Position numbers and translations under genes: made by a program. From a virus (Duplodnaviria > Caudoviricetes), in IMG/VR virus record IMGVR_UViG_3300021478_000003, positions 1 to 62,244 of that record: a stretch of DNA of 62,244 nt. One strand, 5' to 3'. Of this stretch, positions 1 through 10,018 are shown one piece after another. The notes under the pieces are model-generated. The model searched no databases, was not told where the DNA came from, and worked only from the letters and a program-made list of their open reading frames with translations. The first letter of the stretch is position 1. Each line of letters begins with the position of its first letter.

Positions 1-153
1 GCGGCACCGGCAGCCAAGACCGTAGTTGCTAAAACGGCACCAAAGGCAGCGGCCGCCACACCGACCGCCAGCCCTGCTGTCATAGAGGGCGGCGACGTAC
101 CGGCCGGTCTGGCCAGCCTGATGGATAACTGGGGCAGTGACGACCCGGAATAA
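1..153 (+). CDS. C-terminal end of the SSB-like protein begun at 61133
   Basis: Frame continues ...VVAKTAPKAAA...LMDNWGSDDPE* with TAA at 151-153. Acidic tail typical of phage SSBs. Confidence 0.75.
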   Translation, partial: AAPAAKTVVAKTAPKAAAATPTASPAVIEGGDVPAGLASLMDNWGSDDPE

Positions 154-173
154 TCGGGTTATAGTTGCACTGG

Positions 174-200
174 GGGGAGCCGAGCGCTCCCCTCTTTTCC
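174..200 (+). terminator. Probable intrinsic terminator
   Basis: GGGGAGC-cgagc-GCTCCCC followed by TCTTTT, just after the SSB-like stop. Confidence 0.6.
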
Positions 201-219
201 CTCATAACAGGAGTCCATA

Positions 220-567
220 ATGGGCCGCATCATCAACGCCGAAAAAGTAGCACAAATCAAAGCAGCGCGTTTGAGCAATCCCGAACTGCTTGGCCCAGCC
301 CTGGGCGAGCTGGTCATCGAAAGCAACGTGCCAGTGGTCGCCGTGGCCGAGCTGCTTCACGTGGCCGAACCGACGATCTACCGTTGGATGTATGGCGAGA
401 GCGAACCCCGCGACGCCGACAAGGTGCTGAAGTTGAAGCGCCTCCTGGCTCTGCTGCGCAAGGCGCGCAAAGGTAAAGAATTTCCGCTGCTCGGCACCAC
501 CGAAGCACGGGTTGAACTTGTCGTGCAACTCATTGAGAAATACAAGCCTGCGCCTCGCCCTGCGTAA
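220..567 (+). CDS. HTH DNA-binding protein
   Basis: RBS AGGAG; HTH-like segment VVAVAELLHVAEPTIYRWMYG. Confidence 0.7.
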   Translation: MGRIINAEKVAQIKAARLSNPELLGPALGELVIESNVPVVAVAELLHVAEPTIYRWMYGESEPRDADKVLKLKRLLALLRKARKGKEFPLLGTTEARVELVVQLIEKYKPAPRPA

Positions 568-631
568 CACCAGTACCCCTCTCTTAGAATGACCAAGGGA
601 GTTCCATCAGGTCGACCCACGGGGGCATCCA

Positions 632-3595
632 ATGACAGCACAAGAGTTTCTAACGTTACTGCTACCCCAGTCCGGGTACGTGGTAACGGCAACGCCGAAC
701 GCGGGCGGCAAGGGATGGCTCAACACATGCCATTCAAATATACCCTCGGCAGTACAGCACGTCACCGCGCTGACGTATTCAGGGAAGCAAGCGTATTACG
801 CGCTGTCCACCTACAAAGAGAAGAAAGTCTGGGACGACACGTGGAAGAATCCGGCCGGCGAGATCGTCGGCAAGTGGCGCACCCGCACACAGACCAACAC
901 CCTCAACATCAAGTCGTTCTTCCTCGACCTTGATGTTGACCCGGAAGACGACGCGAAGTTCAACTCGAAAGTCGACGCACTGACCGCACTGCGTGAGTTC
1001 TGCACCTTGGTCGGTTTGCCCAAGCCGATGGTCATCGACAGCGGCGGCGGCATTCATGCGTACTGGCCGCTGGCGCAAGAGGTAGCCACGTCGACCTGGC
1101 GTCCAGTGGCTGACATCTTCAAGGCGATCTGTATCCATGAACGCTTCAAGGCTGACCGCAGCCTGACTTCAGACCAGGCCCGCGTGCTACGCTGTCTCGG
1201 TGGCTTCAACTTCAAGCGCGATCATCCTGTGTCGCTCATCACGCTGTCGAACGGTCCGTATGACTTCGACCGCATCGCCGACATCTTGATCGATTACAAG
1301 AACCAGAACAGCATCAATGTCAATGCGACGCACGCCCCGAGCGTAGCGCGTGCAGCGGCCGGACCCGCCATGGATGGTGCGCCGGTAGCGCTGGAAGACA
1401 TGGACAGCAATCTAGGGAGTTACCAGAATGAACCGCTTAACTTTGACCGTATCGCGTTTTCTTGCGAACAACTGGGTGCGCAGATGGCTTGCCGTGGCGC
1501 TGGAGTCGGCGAGCAATTATGGCGCGCCGGTCTCGGCATCGTTAAGTTCTGCGAGAACCCGCGCCTCGCTTATCGGTCGATTTCGGATGGCTACAATGGT
1601 TATGATGAGGCGGCGACTGAGCAGAAGATTGAGAACTGGCGAACCGGCCCTACGGCGTGCTCGCATTTCCATGCAGAGAATCCTCTCACGTGCGAAGCTT
1701 GCCCATCGTGGGAAAAGATTACGTCTCCGGCGCAGCTTGGTCGTCAGGTTAAAGAAGCCGCACCGGCAATCGTATCGATTGTCGACGAGGACGGAGAGGT
1801 TCAAGTCTTTAAAGTACCGCCGCCCCCGGAAAAATACAGCCGTAAGAGAGGTGGCGGCGTAGTCATCGCCACGGAGACAGATAACGGCGATCCGATCTTC
1901 GAGGTGGTCTGCCCCTACGATCTGTTCCCGATTAAAATCCTCCGGCAGAATGGCCACGAGCAGCAGGTCGATGAGCGCAGTATGTGGCGCGTCGACATCC
2001 CGCGTGTCGGTATCGTGGACCTCGACATCTCGCAGCAGATGATCTCCGACACTCGCAAGCTCACGGCGCACCTGATGTCCAAGGGTGTTCACCTCACACA
2101 AGATCAAGGAAAGGCGTCGCAACTTTATATGAGCGCATACCTGCAAATCCTCGCCGCTGCGGCCGACCGCGAGAAGCTGTACGAACGCCTTGGCTGGCAT
2201 GAGAACCATGGCGTCTTCGTGCTTGGCCAACACGTGATACACCGCGACGGGAAGACCAGCCCGCACATCCCGAGCAACGCTATCCGTACCGCGACCAAGG
2301 ACTCCATCACCTCGGCCGGATCGCTCGGCGGCTGGCAGCAGGCCATGAACTTCTACAAGCAGCCAGGCATGGAAGGCCATCGGTTCTTCATCTACGCCGC
2401 CCTCGGCGCGCCGCTGTTCCACATGAACGACACCGGCAACAAGGGCGCGCTGCTGACGGCCAGCGGTCCGTCCGGGCGCGGCAAGACCACGTGCCTCAAG
2501 GCGTGCGCGTCGTTGTGGGGTAAGCCCGAAGGTATGGTCATCAACGGCAACAATGACGGCACAACGATCAACGCGTTGTACAGTATCCTCGGCACCTACT
2601 GCAACCTGCCGCTGTTGTGGGATGACATCACCGAGCGCGAGCCGGACGCCCTGCGGCGCTTCTTGTTGAACGTCTCCCAGGGCACTGGCAAGGTGCGCAT
2701 GACGGCCGCTGCCGAGATCAAGGACAAGGCCGTGGAATGGCAGACCTTGGTACTGGCCACAGCGAATACCGATGACATGAGCCGCATCATGTCGAGCGGT
2801 AAGGACGTGAACCCACATTTGATGCGGCTGGTCGGCGTCGAGTTCGGCGACATCGACGCCAGCCCTGCCGGCAAGGAAAAGGCAGACCGGCTGCTGCGCG
2901 CCCTGAATCAGAACTATGGCCATGTCGGGCCGCTGATGATGAAGGCCGTGGTGCAGAACTACAAGACCATGGTGAGCGGCTACATCAAGAACGTGGCCAA
3001 GGTCGACCGCATGCTCAACTCGAACAACGCGTCGGCCGAGCGCTACTGGTCGGCCGTGGTGGCCGCCGCCTACACCGCAGGCTTGATCGCCAAGGGCATG
3101 GGCATACTGGACTTTCCAGTCGAGGAAGACTTAGCATGGATGGTCGACCACATGGTCCAGCAGCGTGTCCACGTCAACGATAGTTCGTCGTCGGCCAAGG
3201 ACTTGCTGGTTGAGTTCTTGAACGGCCACGTGCGTGACACCTTGACCCTCTCATCGAAGTCCGCGATGAACGTGGACAACGTGGTGCAGCGTCCGACGAA
3301 CGCGCTGTTGATCCGGCATGACATGGATAACAAACTGATCTACGTGGCCCGCAGCGCGATATTGGACCACTGCACTGAGATCAAGACCAGCTTCCGCAAA
3401 ATGGAGCAGGAGCTGGAGCAGCAAGGAATCTTGACCCACAAGAACACACAGAAAGTTCTTGGGGCAGATACGGTGCTGGCAAAGGGGCAAACCCGATGCT
3501 GGCGAATTGACGCAACACGACTCGGCGGCGACCTGGCACTTGTGCCAGACTCTCTACCCGCAAACGTTACAGCCATTGGAGGCGCAACATCATGA
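632..3595 (+). CDS. Primase-helicase (AEP/RepB-type primase, Cys-rich module, DUF927/P-loop helicase)
   Basis: FFLDLDVD, SGGGIHAYW and RVLR primase motifs; GPTAC..F...P..CEACP; Walker A GPSGRGKT and Walker B LLWDD; 987 aa. Confidence 0.85.
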   Translation: MTAQEFLTLLLPQSGYVVTATPNAGGKGWLNTCHSNIPSAVQHVTALTYSGKQAYYALSTYKEKKVWDDTWKNPAGEIVGKWRTRTQTNTLNIKSFFLDLDVDPEDDAKFNSKVDALTALREFCTLVGLPKPMVIDSGGGIHAYWPLAQEVATSTWRPVADIFKAICIHERFKADRSLTSDQARVLRCLGGFNFKRDHPVSLITLSNGPYDFDRIADILIDYKNQNSINVNATHAPSVARAAAGPAMDGAPVALEDMDSNLGSYQNEPLNFDRIAFSCEQLGAQMACRGAGVGEQLWRAGLGIVKFCENPRLAYRSISDGYNGYDEAATEQKIENWRTGPTACSHFHAENPLTCEACPSWEKITSPAQLGRQVKEAAPAIVSIVDEDGEVQVFKVPPPPEKYSRKRGGGVVIATETDNGDPIFEVVCPYDLFPIKILRQNGHEQQVDERSMWRVDIPRVGIVDLDISQQMISDTRKLTAHLMSKGVHLTQDQGKASQLYMSAYLQILAAAADREKLYERLGWHENHGVFVLGQHVIHRDGKTSPHIPSNAIRTATKDSITSAGSLGGWQQAMNFYKQPGMEGHRFFIYAALGAPLFHMNDTGNKGALLTASGPSGRGKTTCLKACASLWGKPEGMVINGNNDGTTINALYSILGTYCNLPLLWDDITEREPDALRRFLLNVSQGTGKVRMTAAAEIKDKAVEWQTLVLATANTDDMSRIMSSGKDVNPHLMRLVGVEFGDIDASPAGKEKADRLLRALNQNYGHVGPLMMKAVVQNYKTMVSGYIKNVAKVDRMLNSNNASAERYWSAVVAAAYTAGLIAKGMGILDFPVEEDLAWMVDHMVQQRVHVNDSSSSAKDLLVEFLNGHVRDTLTLSSKSAMNVDNVVQRPTNALLIRHDMDNKLIYVARSAILDHCTEIKTSFRKMEQELEQQGILTHKNTQKVLGADTVLAKGQTRCWRIDATRLGGDLALVPDSLPANVTAIGGATS

Positions 3596-3861
3596 GTTCC
3601 GACGCACAAGTTTTCCCTGATAAAAACCCGGACCTGCCGCAGGAAGAGCAGGGTATCTACAACAAGTACAAGGTCACTCGTGTCGACGGCAGCGATCTGC
3701 CTGGCGGCCGACACCATGGCCAGCGCTACTTCGTGCTGAACATCGACAACGACTTTCATGCACGCAGGGCGCTCGCCGCCTATGCTGATTCCTGCCGCCA
3801 CACCCACCCGAATCTGTCGGCCGACATCAAGGCGCTGCTGCATCAAATGGGTGCCACATGA
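3592..3861 (+). CDS. Hypothetical phage protein
   Basis: ATGA-coupled to the primase; GIYNKYKVTRVDG..YFVL..D..AR.AL.AYA pattern of a common small phage protein. Confidence 0.7.
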   Translation: MSSDAQVFPDKNPDLPQEEQGIYNKYKVTRVDGSDLPGGRHHGQRYFVLNIDNDFHARRALAAYADSCRHTHPNLSADIKALLHQMGAT

Positions 3862-4025
3862 CAGCCATCGGTTTTGTTTTGTTCGTCCTGTTCCGCTGGG
3901 GTGCGTCGGTAGCCATTGAAGGCGGCTACGACACGCCTGCGTACTACGCAGCGGGTGGTATGTTGGTCGGCGCTGCCGTATGTCTCATCGGCATTGCCAT
4001 AAAGCTTTGGGAGGTGATGCCATGA
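3858..4025 (+). CDS. Small membrane protein (55 aa)
   Basis: ATGA overlaps at both ends; two hydrophobic segments; below the ORF-track cut-off. Confidence 0.55.
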   Translation: MTAIGFVLFVLFRWGASVAIEGGYDTPAYYAAGGMLVGAAVCLIGIAIKLWEVMP

Positions 4026-4513
4026 GCGCAGTCATCAGCGAAGACGGGTTGTACCGATATCTCTTGACACGTGGGCCGGAGCCAACACCCTCCAACACCA
4101 CCGACATCTGGGTGATGCTCAACCCGTCGACGGCCGACGCCGATACGGATGACCCGACCATCCGGCGCGTCGTCAGCTTTGCCGAGAATCGTGGCCATGA
4201 ACGGGTCGTGGTGGCAAACCTGTTCGCCTACCGCGCTACGCGGCCGCACGATCTGCTGATCCACGGCAGGCCAGTCGGTGCCGACAACAAGACTTACCTG
4301 TCCCAGATTGTCGCCGGCAATCGCCATGTGGTTGTGGCCTGGGGCACGTGGGGCGAGCGCGTCGACCCGGACATGGTGAAGTGGTTCTGCGACCTGTGCA
4401 AGCGGGCCGGGACGACGATGTGGTGCCTGGGCACGAACAAGGACGGCTCGCCGAAGCACCCGCTCTATGTGGCTGGCGCACAAGAGTTTGTGGAGTACCA
4501 TCATGGCCGCTAA
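4022..4513 (+). CDS. DUF1643 family protein
   Basis: YRYLL.R, VMLNPSTAD...DDPTIRR, NLFAYRAT.P, VVAWG and PKHPLY motifs. Confidence 0.85.
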   Translation: MSAVISEDGLYRYLLTRGPEPTPSNTTDIWVMLNPSTADADTDDPTIRRVVSFAENRGHERVVVANLFAYRATRPHDLLIHGRPVGADNKTYLSQIVAGNRHVVVAWGTWGERVDPDMVKWFCDLCKRAGTTMWCLGTNKDGSPKHPLYVAGAQEFVEYHHGR

Positions 4514-4934
4514 TGCCATACCTCCACTCCACATCTGTGGCCAGGCTGGCTTTAACCCATTGCACCACGGCAACTGCGCGGCATGCATACTCGAATGGCA
4601 GAAGGAGAATTTGCCGAAGATGGCGACGCGCCGAGGTGATCCATGGAAGGAGGCGGTGATCGACTACTGCGCTATCGCCGGCATTACCTTAACCTCGGAA
4701 GACCCCCGCCGCACCGTCGAGCGCTTGATCCAGTGGCACATCGAAGTAGCGCTGGACCCTTCGGTCAGCAAGGCAGCCCGGAAGCTCCTGAACACGCAAC
4801 CTACGTCTATCTGGCAACGGCTTGGGAAGTTATTCGAGAGGCGTGAGCCGGAGGCGCTGTACTGCGAGCATGGCCAATCGTACTACGACAAGTCCGGCAA
4901 TGAGCGGTGCATAGGCTGTGGCGAGCTGATGTAG
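4503..4934 (+). CDS. Hypothetical protein with Cys/His clusters
   Basis: Last gene of the plus arm; CAAC and CEHG..CIGC. Confidence 0.6.
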   Translation: MAANAIPPLHICGQAGFNPLHHGNCAACILEWQKENLPKMATRRGDPWKEAVIDYCAIAGITLTSEDPRRTVERLIQWHIEVALDPSVSKAARKLLNTQPTSIWQRLGKLFERREPEALYCEHGQSYYDKSGNERCIGCGELM

Positions 4935-4935
4935 A

Positions 4936-4973
4936 TAAAAAGAGGCCCGCGATTCCATCACAGATCGCGGGCC
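4936..4973 (-). terminator. Intrinsic terminator of the late operon at the convergence point
   Basis: 10-bp stem GGCCCGCGAT/ATCGCGGGCC followed on the minus strand by TCTTTTT; lies between convergent genes. Confidence 0.75.
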
Positions 4974-5006
4974 GACTCGGAGACAAACAGCAAGGAGACA
5001 GTTGCA

Positions 5007-5174
5007 CTATAACGGATTTTCCAGTACCGGGATAGTGGCTTGCATCTTTTCGTAAGTGGCCGCCACCTCTTGCTGGAACAAAAGGTACAGCCGGTCCATC
5101 GCGGTGTCGATTGTGATCTGGCCGCTGTTGGCCAATATCTTCAGCTCCTGCAGTTTATCGAATGTCAGTGCCAT
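5007..5174 (-). CDS. Small hypothetical protein
   Basis: MALTFDKLQEL..., with GGAGG upstream. Confidence 0.55.
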   Translation of the reverse strand: MALTFDKLQELKILANSGQITIDTAMDRLYLLFQQEVAATYEKMQATIPVLENPL

Positions 5175-5769
5175 GATTACCCTCCATAAGTTCAATGATC
5201 TGCGCGTCGATCTCGGCGCGTGCAACCTGTAAGCCTAACTCCACCTTGTCCACTTGTGCCTTTACATCAGGATCACCGTAGAACCCGTTTGCCTTTACCC
5301 ACCCTTGCAGGCCGCGAAGCTGTTCTGCCAGCATATCGGCCCGCTTGGTCATGGCATAAAGATGCTCTGTAACTCCGTCAGAAAGCTGGACGGTGCCGGT
5401 GCTGGGAGCATCAGGTCCGCTGGTGCTTGCGGCTTTGGTGCCTGGGGCAGCGGGATGACAGATGCCGTGGGAGTCGCGCAACCCGCCAGCAGACTTGCGC
5501 TGAGCCACAAGAACATCATACTTTTGTTGAAGAGCTGAGAGAGCCGTTTCATGATCTGCCGTCGCCTTTCGTGCTTTAGCCTGGTCTGCAATCACGGTGG
5601 CTTTCACCTGCGCCGCAGCCTCACTCAACGCTTTGATGTTCCCGTTCGCGGTAGCCAGCTTTTCCGCTTGGGTCTTGACCAGTTGGGCGTTGGAACCAAC
5701 ATGGTCGCCTGATACAAAGCCGCCACCGAACACAAGGACGATGGCCAGCAGGATATAGAATGCTTTCAT
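5155..5769 (-). CDS. Rz: i-spanin (Rz-like)
   Basis: N-terminal TM (MKAFYILLAIVLVFGGG) then coiled coil; directly after the endolysin; contains an embedded lipoprotein gene. Confidence 0.8.
   Translation of the reverse strand: MKAFYILLAIVLVFGGGFVSGDHVGSNAQLVKTQAEKLATANGNIKALSEAAAQVKATVIADQAKARKATADHETALSALQQKYDVLVAQRKSAGGLRDSHGICHPAAPGTKAASTSGPDAPSTGTVQLSDGVTEHLYAMTKRADMLAEQLRGLQGWVKANGFYGDPDVKAQVDKVELGLQVARAEIDAQIIELMEGNHGTDIR
5349..5552 (-). CDS. Rz1: o-spanin (Rz1-like lipoprotein) embedded in Rz
   Basis: Signal peptide with lipobox LLAG-C and a Pro-rich mature part; different frame, fully inside Rz. Confidence 0.8.
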   Translation of the reverse strand: MKRLSQLFNKSMMFLWLSASLLAGCATPTASVIPLPQAPKPQAPADLMLPAPAPSSFLTELQSIFMP

Positions 5770-6374
5770 GGTGCTACTCCTTGGCATACAACGGTGCCCC
5801 AAGTGGTATAGAGCGGCTGATGCTTGAACAGTATCCAGCGTGGATACGAACGCGAGTACACGAAGTTCTTGGCCGTCTGGCCAGCGTTGATGTCCTCGGT
5901 GTAGTTGAACCAAATGCCAGGCTCGGCCGACCTGCGCTGCGCCTTTTGAACGAACCCGACGCCGGCATTATATCCCTTCAGCGCCGCCGCCCACCGCTGG
6001 CACGGCGTATCACCCTTCACCCGATCATAAATCCACAGGTCGTAGCGCACCAAGGCGCGGATCGCCCAGCGTGGATTGTACGGATCAGGCTTGCCCAGCT
6101 CAGGGTAACTTCTAGCAACTTGTTGTGCAGTAGCATCCATGAATTGCGCCAGGCCCCGGCCGTTGTCCCACGCCGTCACGCCTGCGCGCCAGCCGGACTC
6201 TTGACGAATCTGGCCAGCCAACATAGGCACAGGCGCACCTAGACCATAAACGGCCTGGGCTTCGCGGACTAGGGTTGAACGGTACTGCAGCGCTGGATCG
6301 GCTGCATGGACGTTGGTGCAGGAATAGAGCGTGGCCAGGATGAGCAGCCACGCCCCTACCATGGCGCGGTGCAT
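5766..6374 (-). CDS. Endolysin, SLT lytic transglycosylase with N-terminal export signal
   Basis: QIRQES (catalytic Glu), GLAQFM, YNAG; hydrophobic N-terminus ending VHA-AD. Confidence 0.88.
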   Translation of the reverse strand: MHRAMVGAWLLILATLYSCTNVHAADPALQYRSTLVREAQAVYGLGAPVPMLAGQIRQESGWRAGVTAWDNGRGLAQFMDATAQQVARSYPELGKPDPYNPRWAIRALVRYDLWIYDRVKGDTPCQRWAAALKGYNAGVGFVQKAQRRSAEPGIWFNYTEDINAGQTAKNFVYSRSYPRWILFKHQPLYTTWGTVVCQGVAP

Positions 6375-6655
6375 TACAGCCCCAGGGCGATAGCCAGCAT
6401 GGCCGAGGCGATGATGATGGCGCGGCGAACGCTTTCAAGCGGGTGGGATGAGACGGTGATCCGGGTGCGGAAGGCGGTGCGGTCGATCCAGTAGCCGACG
6501 AACGCGGCGATGGTGATGTGGCCCAGCTTCATTGCCACGATCTGCACTTCGGCATCGGCACCGTAAGTCTTGAACAAGATCGCAGCCAGGTAAAACGTGA
6601 AAGAGATTGCTACCCATTGCAGCATCCGCAGATGCTCTTTAGTCGTGGCGGTCAT
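6374..6655 (-). CDS. Holin (2/3-TM holin family-like)
   Basis: KL..IT.AAFVGYWIDR..F and RRAIII..AMLAIALG; three hydrophobic segments; just upstream of the endolysin. Confidence 0.8.
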   Translation of the reverse strand: MTATTKEHLRMLQWVAISFTFYLAAILFKTYGADAEVQIVAMKLGHITIAAFVGYWIDRTAFRTRITVSSHPLESVRRAIIIASAMLAIALGL

Positions 6656-6996
6656 TATCGTCCTTTGGCTGGAGTGGCCAGCGCCCGCTCCACGTTGGTC
6701 AACCTGAGATCATGGGCGTCAAGGATGCGCTGGTCCTTGTCCATGTTTTCTTTTAGTAGGTCGTACTTGGTATCCCGCTTTTCATTGAGCGTCTTCTGCT
6801 CGGCAAAACTTCCTAGAAGCGTGTCCAGCTTGGCATTCATCGACGTGGACGTATTGTTGAACTGTACCGCTATCCCAATCATCACCACCATGACGGCACA
6901 GATGGAGCTGATGATCCAAGACAGCGGCAACCGCGTGTCGATGATGCTTGGCTTAGCCTCTTCCTGGCTGGTCATAGGGCGGCGGCGATATGGCAT
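6655..6996 (-). CDS. Membrane-anchored coiled-coil protein (lysis-cassette associated)
   Basis: GGAG before ATG 6996; one TM then a heptad-rich tail. Confidence 0.6.
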   Translation of the reverse strand: MPYRRRPMTSQEEAKPSIIDTRLPLSWIISSICAVMVVMIGIAVQFNNTSTSMNAKLDTLLGSFAEQKTLNEKRDTKYDLLKENMDKDQRILDAHDLRLTNVERALATPAKGR

Positions 6997-7065
6997 ATTT
7001 TTCTCCAAAGTAAGCCCGTAAACTTGCCGTAAGATTAGCATTGTTTCCATACTGTATGCAACTAT

Positions 7066-7800
7066 TTAGTTGCCCATTGCCATCCACGATACTGAGTCTG
7101 TGCCCGTTCCATGGATAGTGAAGCTGCTCCCGTTTGTCTTGACCACTGAGACGGCTGCTGCGGTGCCCGTATCGTCTGTCACGAACACTTGGTAGGTAGT
7201 GGCATCGGTGAACTGTGCGTTACCGGTCAATGTGATTGTCACAGAACCTGTTGTCAGGGCCGCTTCGCCGCGCACCATGTGCACCGATACCGCGTCGATA
7301 GTGCCGTCCGCAGCCATCGTCTGGATCGCACCGTGGCCACTGAATGACGGAGCCGTCACAGGCCCGTTGAGCGCGATGGCGGTCACGGCCGCTGATGTGC
7401 CGGTGATCTGGATCGCATCTATCAGCGCGCCCAGGGCATCATCGGCGAACGATATGTGGAAGTTGTTGCCAGCAAAGTACACGATGCACCGTCGCTGATT
7501 CGCGGTGCCGCTGGCGTTATACAGGTCAAAGACGCACTCGTTGCCGTCACCAAAAATATTCATCGCCACACCTGGCGATTGGAACGTGCCACCATTGAAC
7601 TGGATCGCTCCAGTCATTGTGCCGCCCGTGGTAGGTAATCCGCTCACACCGCCTCCGCTGCCTGGTAATGGATGGTCCGTGGATACAATGATCCACTCGC
7701 CGCTGGGTTCGTCAAAGAATTGATTCGGGATAAGTTGGCCGCTGCTGTTAGTCTGCATCGGTGTAACGTTTGCTATGGTCGGGCCTGGCATGATGCTCAC
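7066..7800 (-). CDS. Tail fibre/spike-like protein
   Basis: LPTTGGTMTGAI fibre motif; beta-rich C-terminus ending VSWMAMGN. Confidence 0.65.
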   Translation of the reverse strand: MSIMPGPTIANVTPMQTNSSGQLIPNQFFDEPSGEWIIVSTDHPLPGSGGGVSGLPTTGGTMTGAIQFNGGTFQSPGVAMNIFGDGNECVFDLYNASGTANQRRCIVYFAGNNFHISFADDALGALIDAIQITGTSAAVTAIALNGPVTAPSFSGHGAIQTMAADGTIDAVSVHMVRGEAALTTGSVTITLTGNAQFTDATTYQVFVTDDTGTAAAVSVVKTNGSSFTIHGTGTDSVSWMAMGN

Positions 7801-9557
7801 CTCGTTGGATAGGAAAGAGACCTAATGGTTCTCGCGTAAGCCACCACGGCTTCTGACCTGAAGTAAATCCTGACCAGCGGTTGATGAATAAAAGGCGCTC
7901 GCGTCGTCGTGCGAACATACACTGGAATCTGGTCTAGGCGCATATGCGATTGCACGTATCCTATACCAGACTGGATGCGAAAACCAGTGATTGGCAGCGT
8001 GACATCTTTACCTGTGGGAATAAGATTTCCATAGAGGAAAGTTGCCAGGTCGCCCGCGAGCGGATTCAAGCGCGTCGACGGCGCGGCGGTGCCGGCAGCC
8101 GAAGCGGCCGATACCCCAACTGCACGTGCAGCAACGCCTGGTCCTACAGCGCCTATCGCCGAAGTGATCGCGGCTCCGGTGAGGGCGAGCGTCAGGCTGT
8201 GCGCCATGCTCCCTGCCGTGCTGGCTGCGGAAACACCTTGTAGGGAATAGGATGGGGAAGGGGTAACGGTGCCCTCGGCTGTAGCGCTCGAATTGCCTGT
8301 AACTGACAACACGTTTGTAGGAAGGAATACGCCCGGAGCCGACACCGCCGAAACACCAGGCAGCACGGCCGAGCGGGAAGGGGCCACGGTACCCACACTG
8401 CCGGTAGCGGCTTGGCCAGCCAAGAGTACTGATGGTGACGGCACGACAGCGCCAGGCGTAGCGGCCGCCGACTGGCCGGTGAGCAGGTAGCCGCCGATCA
8501 TGGTGCCAGCGCTCGACGTGGCGGCCACACCTACTAGACCGAAACCGATGCCGAAGCCCACGGTGCCCGGAGCAGAGGTCAAGGCGTTGCCGGTCAATGC
8601 CAGGGTGAGAGTAGGTGCCACGGTGCCAGCGGCTGATGTGGCCACGACGCCGGAGAGCGGCGGCACCATGTTACCCACGGATGAGGTCATCGAGACGCCC
8701 ACCAGTGGCAGGGTCAAGTCCGGCGACGGCGCGTAGTAGGCCCGCGACGGTGCCTTGAGAACCTGATAGTGGTTATTGTGCAGCGCCAGCACCTCGGTGG
8801 CGTTCAGCACACGGTTGTAGAACGCAGCGCACTCGACAGCGCTGTTCGATGCCGCAGGTGTGTAAGGCACCGCGCCGCCGCCCGAGGTCGCATTGTTCGC
8901 GGTGCCCAGGAACAGAGGGTACGCTGCGTCGGTGATCGATGACACAGTGCCGTTGCGGCCGATGCCGATGCCGATGTTGATCCCGTTGAGATAGCCGACG
9001 ATGTCGGATGAGCTGGCCGGCAGCGTGCCGTCGAACGTGATGCACAGCGAGCAGGGCTGGCCAGGCGGCAGGAAGTTCGGGTAGTTGTATCTCGCGTAGA
9101 GCGGATCACTGCCGCACTTATCGAACGCAGGATAGCCATCGTTTGTCACATAAATCTGCCAGCCTGCGGAGCTGCCACCAAGACCGGAAGACTGGCCGTC
9201 GCTCTTGTCCGCGATACCGCCGACCCACGTTACGCCTGGTGCTTGCCAGAGGTAGAAAAAATACGTGGCGGGGCCGCTGCCAAGATCAAGTGCCTTCACC
9301 CCGGTGCCGAACGATGAGTAGCTGGCAGTCGGACCACCACCGGCATACTTCGCCACTTTGCCACTCGGCGTACCTTGGATGATCGGTGGGGTAGTACCGA
9401 GCGGCGCGCCGATCAGATTGGTCATCAGGTCGATCATGACGCCGCCCACCGGCAGCGCGTAGAACACTAGCCCCCGCGCAAGCGGATTGCCGCCGTCGAT
9501 AGCTGGGATATTCGACGGCTGCTGCGTGAAGCGGCGAGGAACTAGAAGGCGGCCCAT
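7797..9557 (-). CDS. Virion protein with LamG/concanavalin-like domain and ~20-aa beta repeats
   Basis: CITFDG..GYLNG..LFLG..AFYNRVLNATEV LamG-like pattern; repeated L.G..ATS.AG.V.P units. Confidence 0.65.
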   Translation of the reverse strand: MGRLLVPRRFTQQPSNIPAIDGGNPLARGLVFYALPVGGVMIDLMTNLIGAPLGTTPPIIQGTPSGKVAKYAGGGPTASYSSFGTGVKALDLGSGPATYFFYLWQAPGVTWVGGIADKSDGQSSGLGGSSAGWQIYVTNDGYPAFDKCGSDPLYARYNYPNFLPPGQPCSLCITFDGTLPASSSDIVGYLNGINIGIGIGRNGTVSSITDAAYPLFLGTANNATSGGGAVPYTPAASNSAVECAAFYNRVLNATEVLALHNNHYQVLKAPSRAYYAPSPDLTLPLVGVSMTSSVGNMVPPLSGVVATSAAGTVAPTLTLALTGNALTSAPGTVGFGIGFGLVGVAATSSAGTMIGGYLLTGQSAAATPGAVVPSPSVLLAGQAATGSVGTVAPSRSAVLPGVSAVSAPGVFLPTNVLSVTGNSSATAEGTVTPSPSYSLQGVSAASTAGSMAHSLTLALTGAAITSAIGAVGPGVAARAVGVSAASAAGTAAPSTRLNPLAGDLATFLYGNLIPTGKDVTLPITGFRIQSGIGYVQSHMRLDQIPVYVRTTTRAPFIHQPLVRIYFRSEAVVAYARTIRSLSYPTR

Positions 9558-10009
9558 TACGCCACCGTGCTGCTGATCTCACTGGTCCATGCGGTGCCCG
9601 AAGTCAGCGCGACGCCTAGATCGTTTTTCAGCACGATGAAGAACTTGGCCGGGACATAACCCAGCGCCTGCGCGATGCTGAAGGTGGCGATCTCCGTGGT
9701 CGACGCCGTGGTCAGCGGCACCACGCCAAGGAATTTCAGATTCGGCTCGCGGGTCGTGGTCGTGCCGCTGGTCGGGCCGCTGCGGTAGTTCGTGCCATCC
9801 AGTGACTCTTGGATGAAAGCGACTACCTGCTTGTTACCGGCCGGCGTGTTCGTGGTGGCCACGTCGACTTCCACGATCACGTCGATAGGCTGATTGGCCG
9901 TGCAGTCGTAGGCCGTGGTATTCTGCACGTAAGTGCCAGAGGCCAGCGCAGCCAGGCCGGTGTAGGCCAGCGAGGTGCGCGTGCCGACTATCTGTTTGAT
10001 CGTGGCCAT
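9557..10009 (-). CDS. Putative virion structural protein
   Basis: Thr/Ala-rich, beta-type, in the late operon with an RBS. Confidence 0.6.
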   Translation of the reverse strand: MATIKQIVGTRTSLAYTGLAALASGTYVQNTTAYDCTANQPIDVIVEVDVATTNTPAGNKQVVAFIQESLDGTNYRSGPTSGTTTTREPNLKFLGVVPLTTASTTEIATFSIAQALGYVPAKFFIVLKNDLGVALTSGTAWTSEISSTVA

Positions 10010-10018
10010 GACGGCTCC

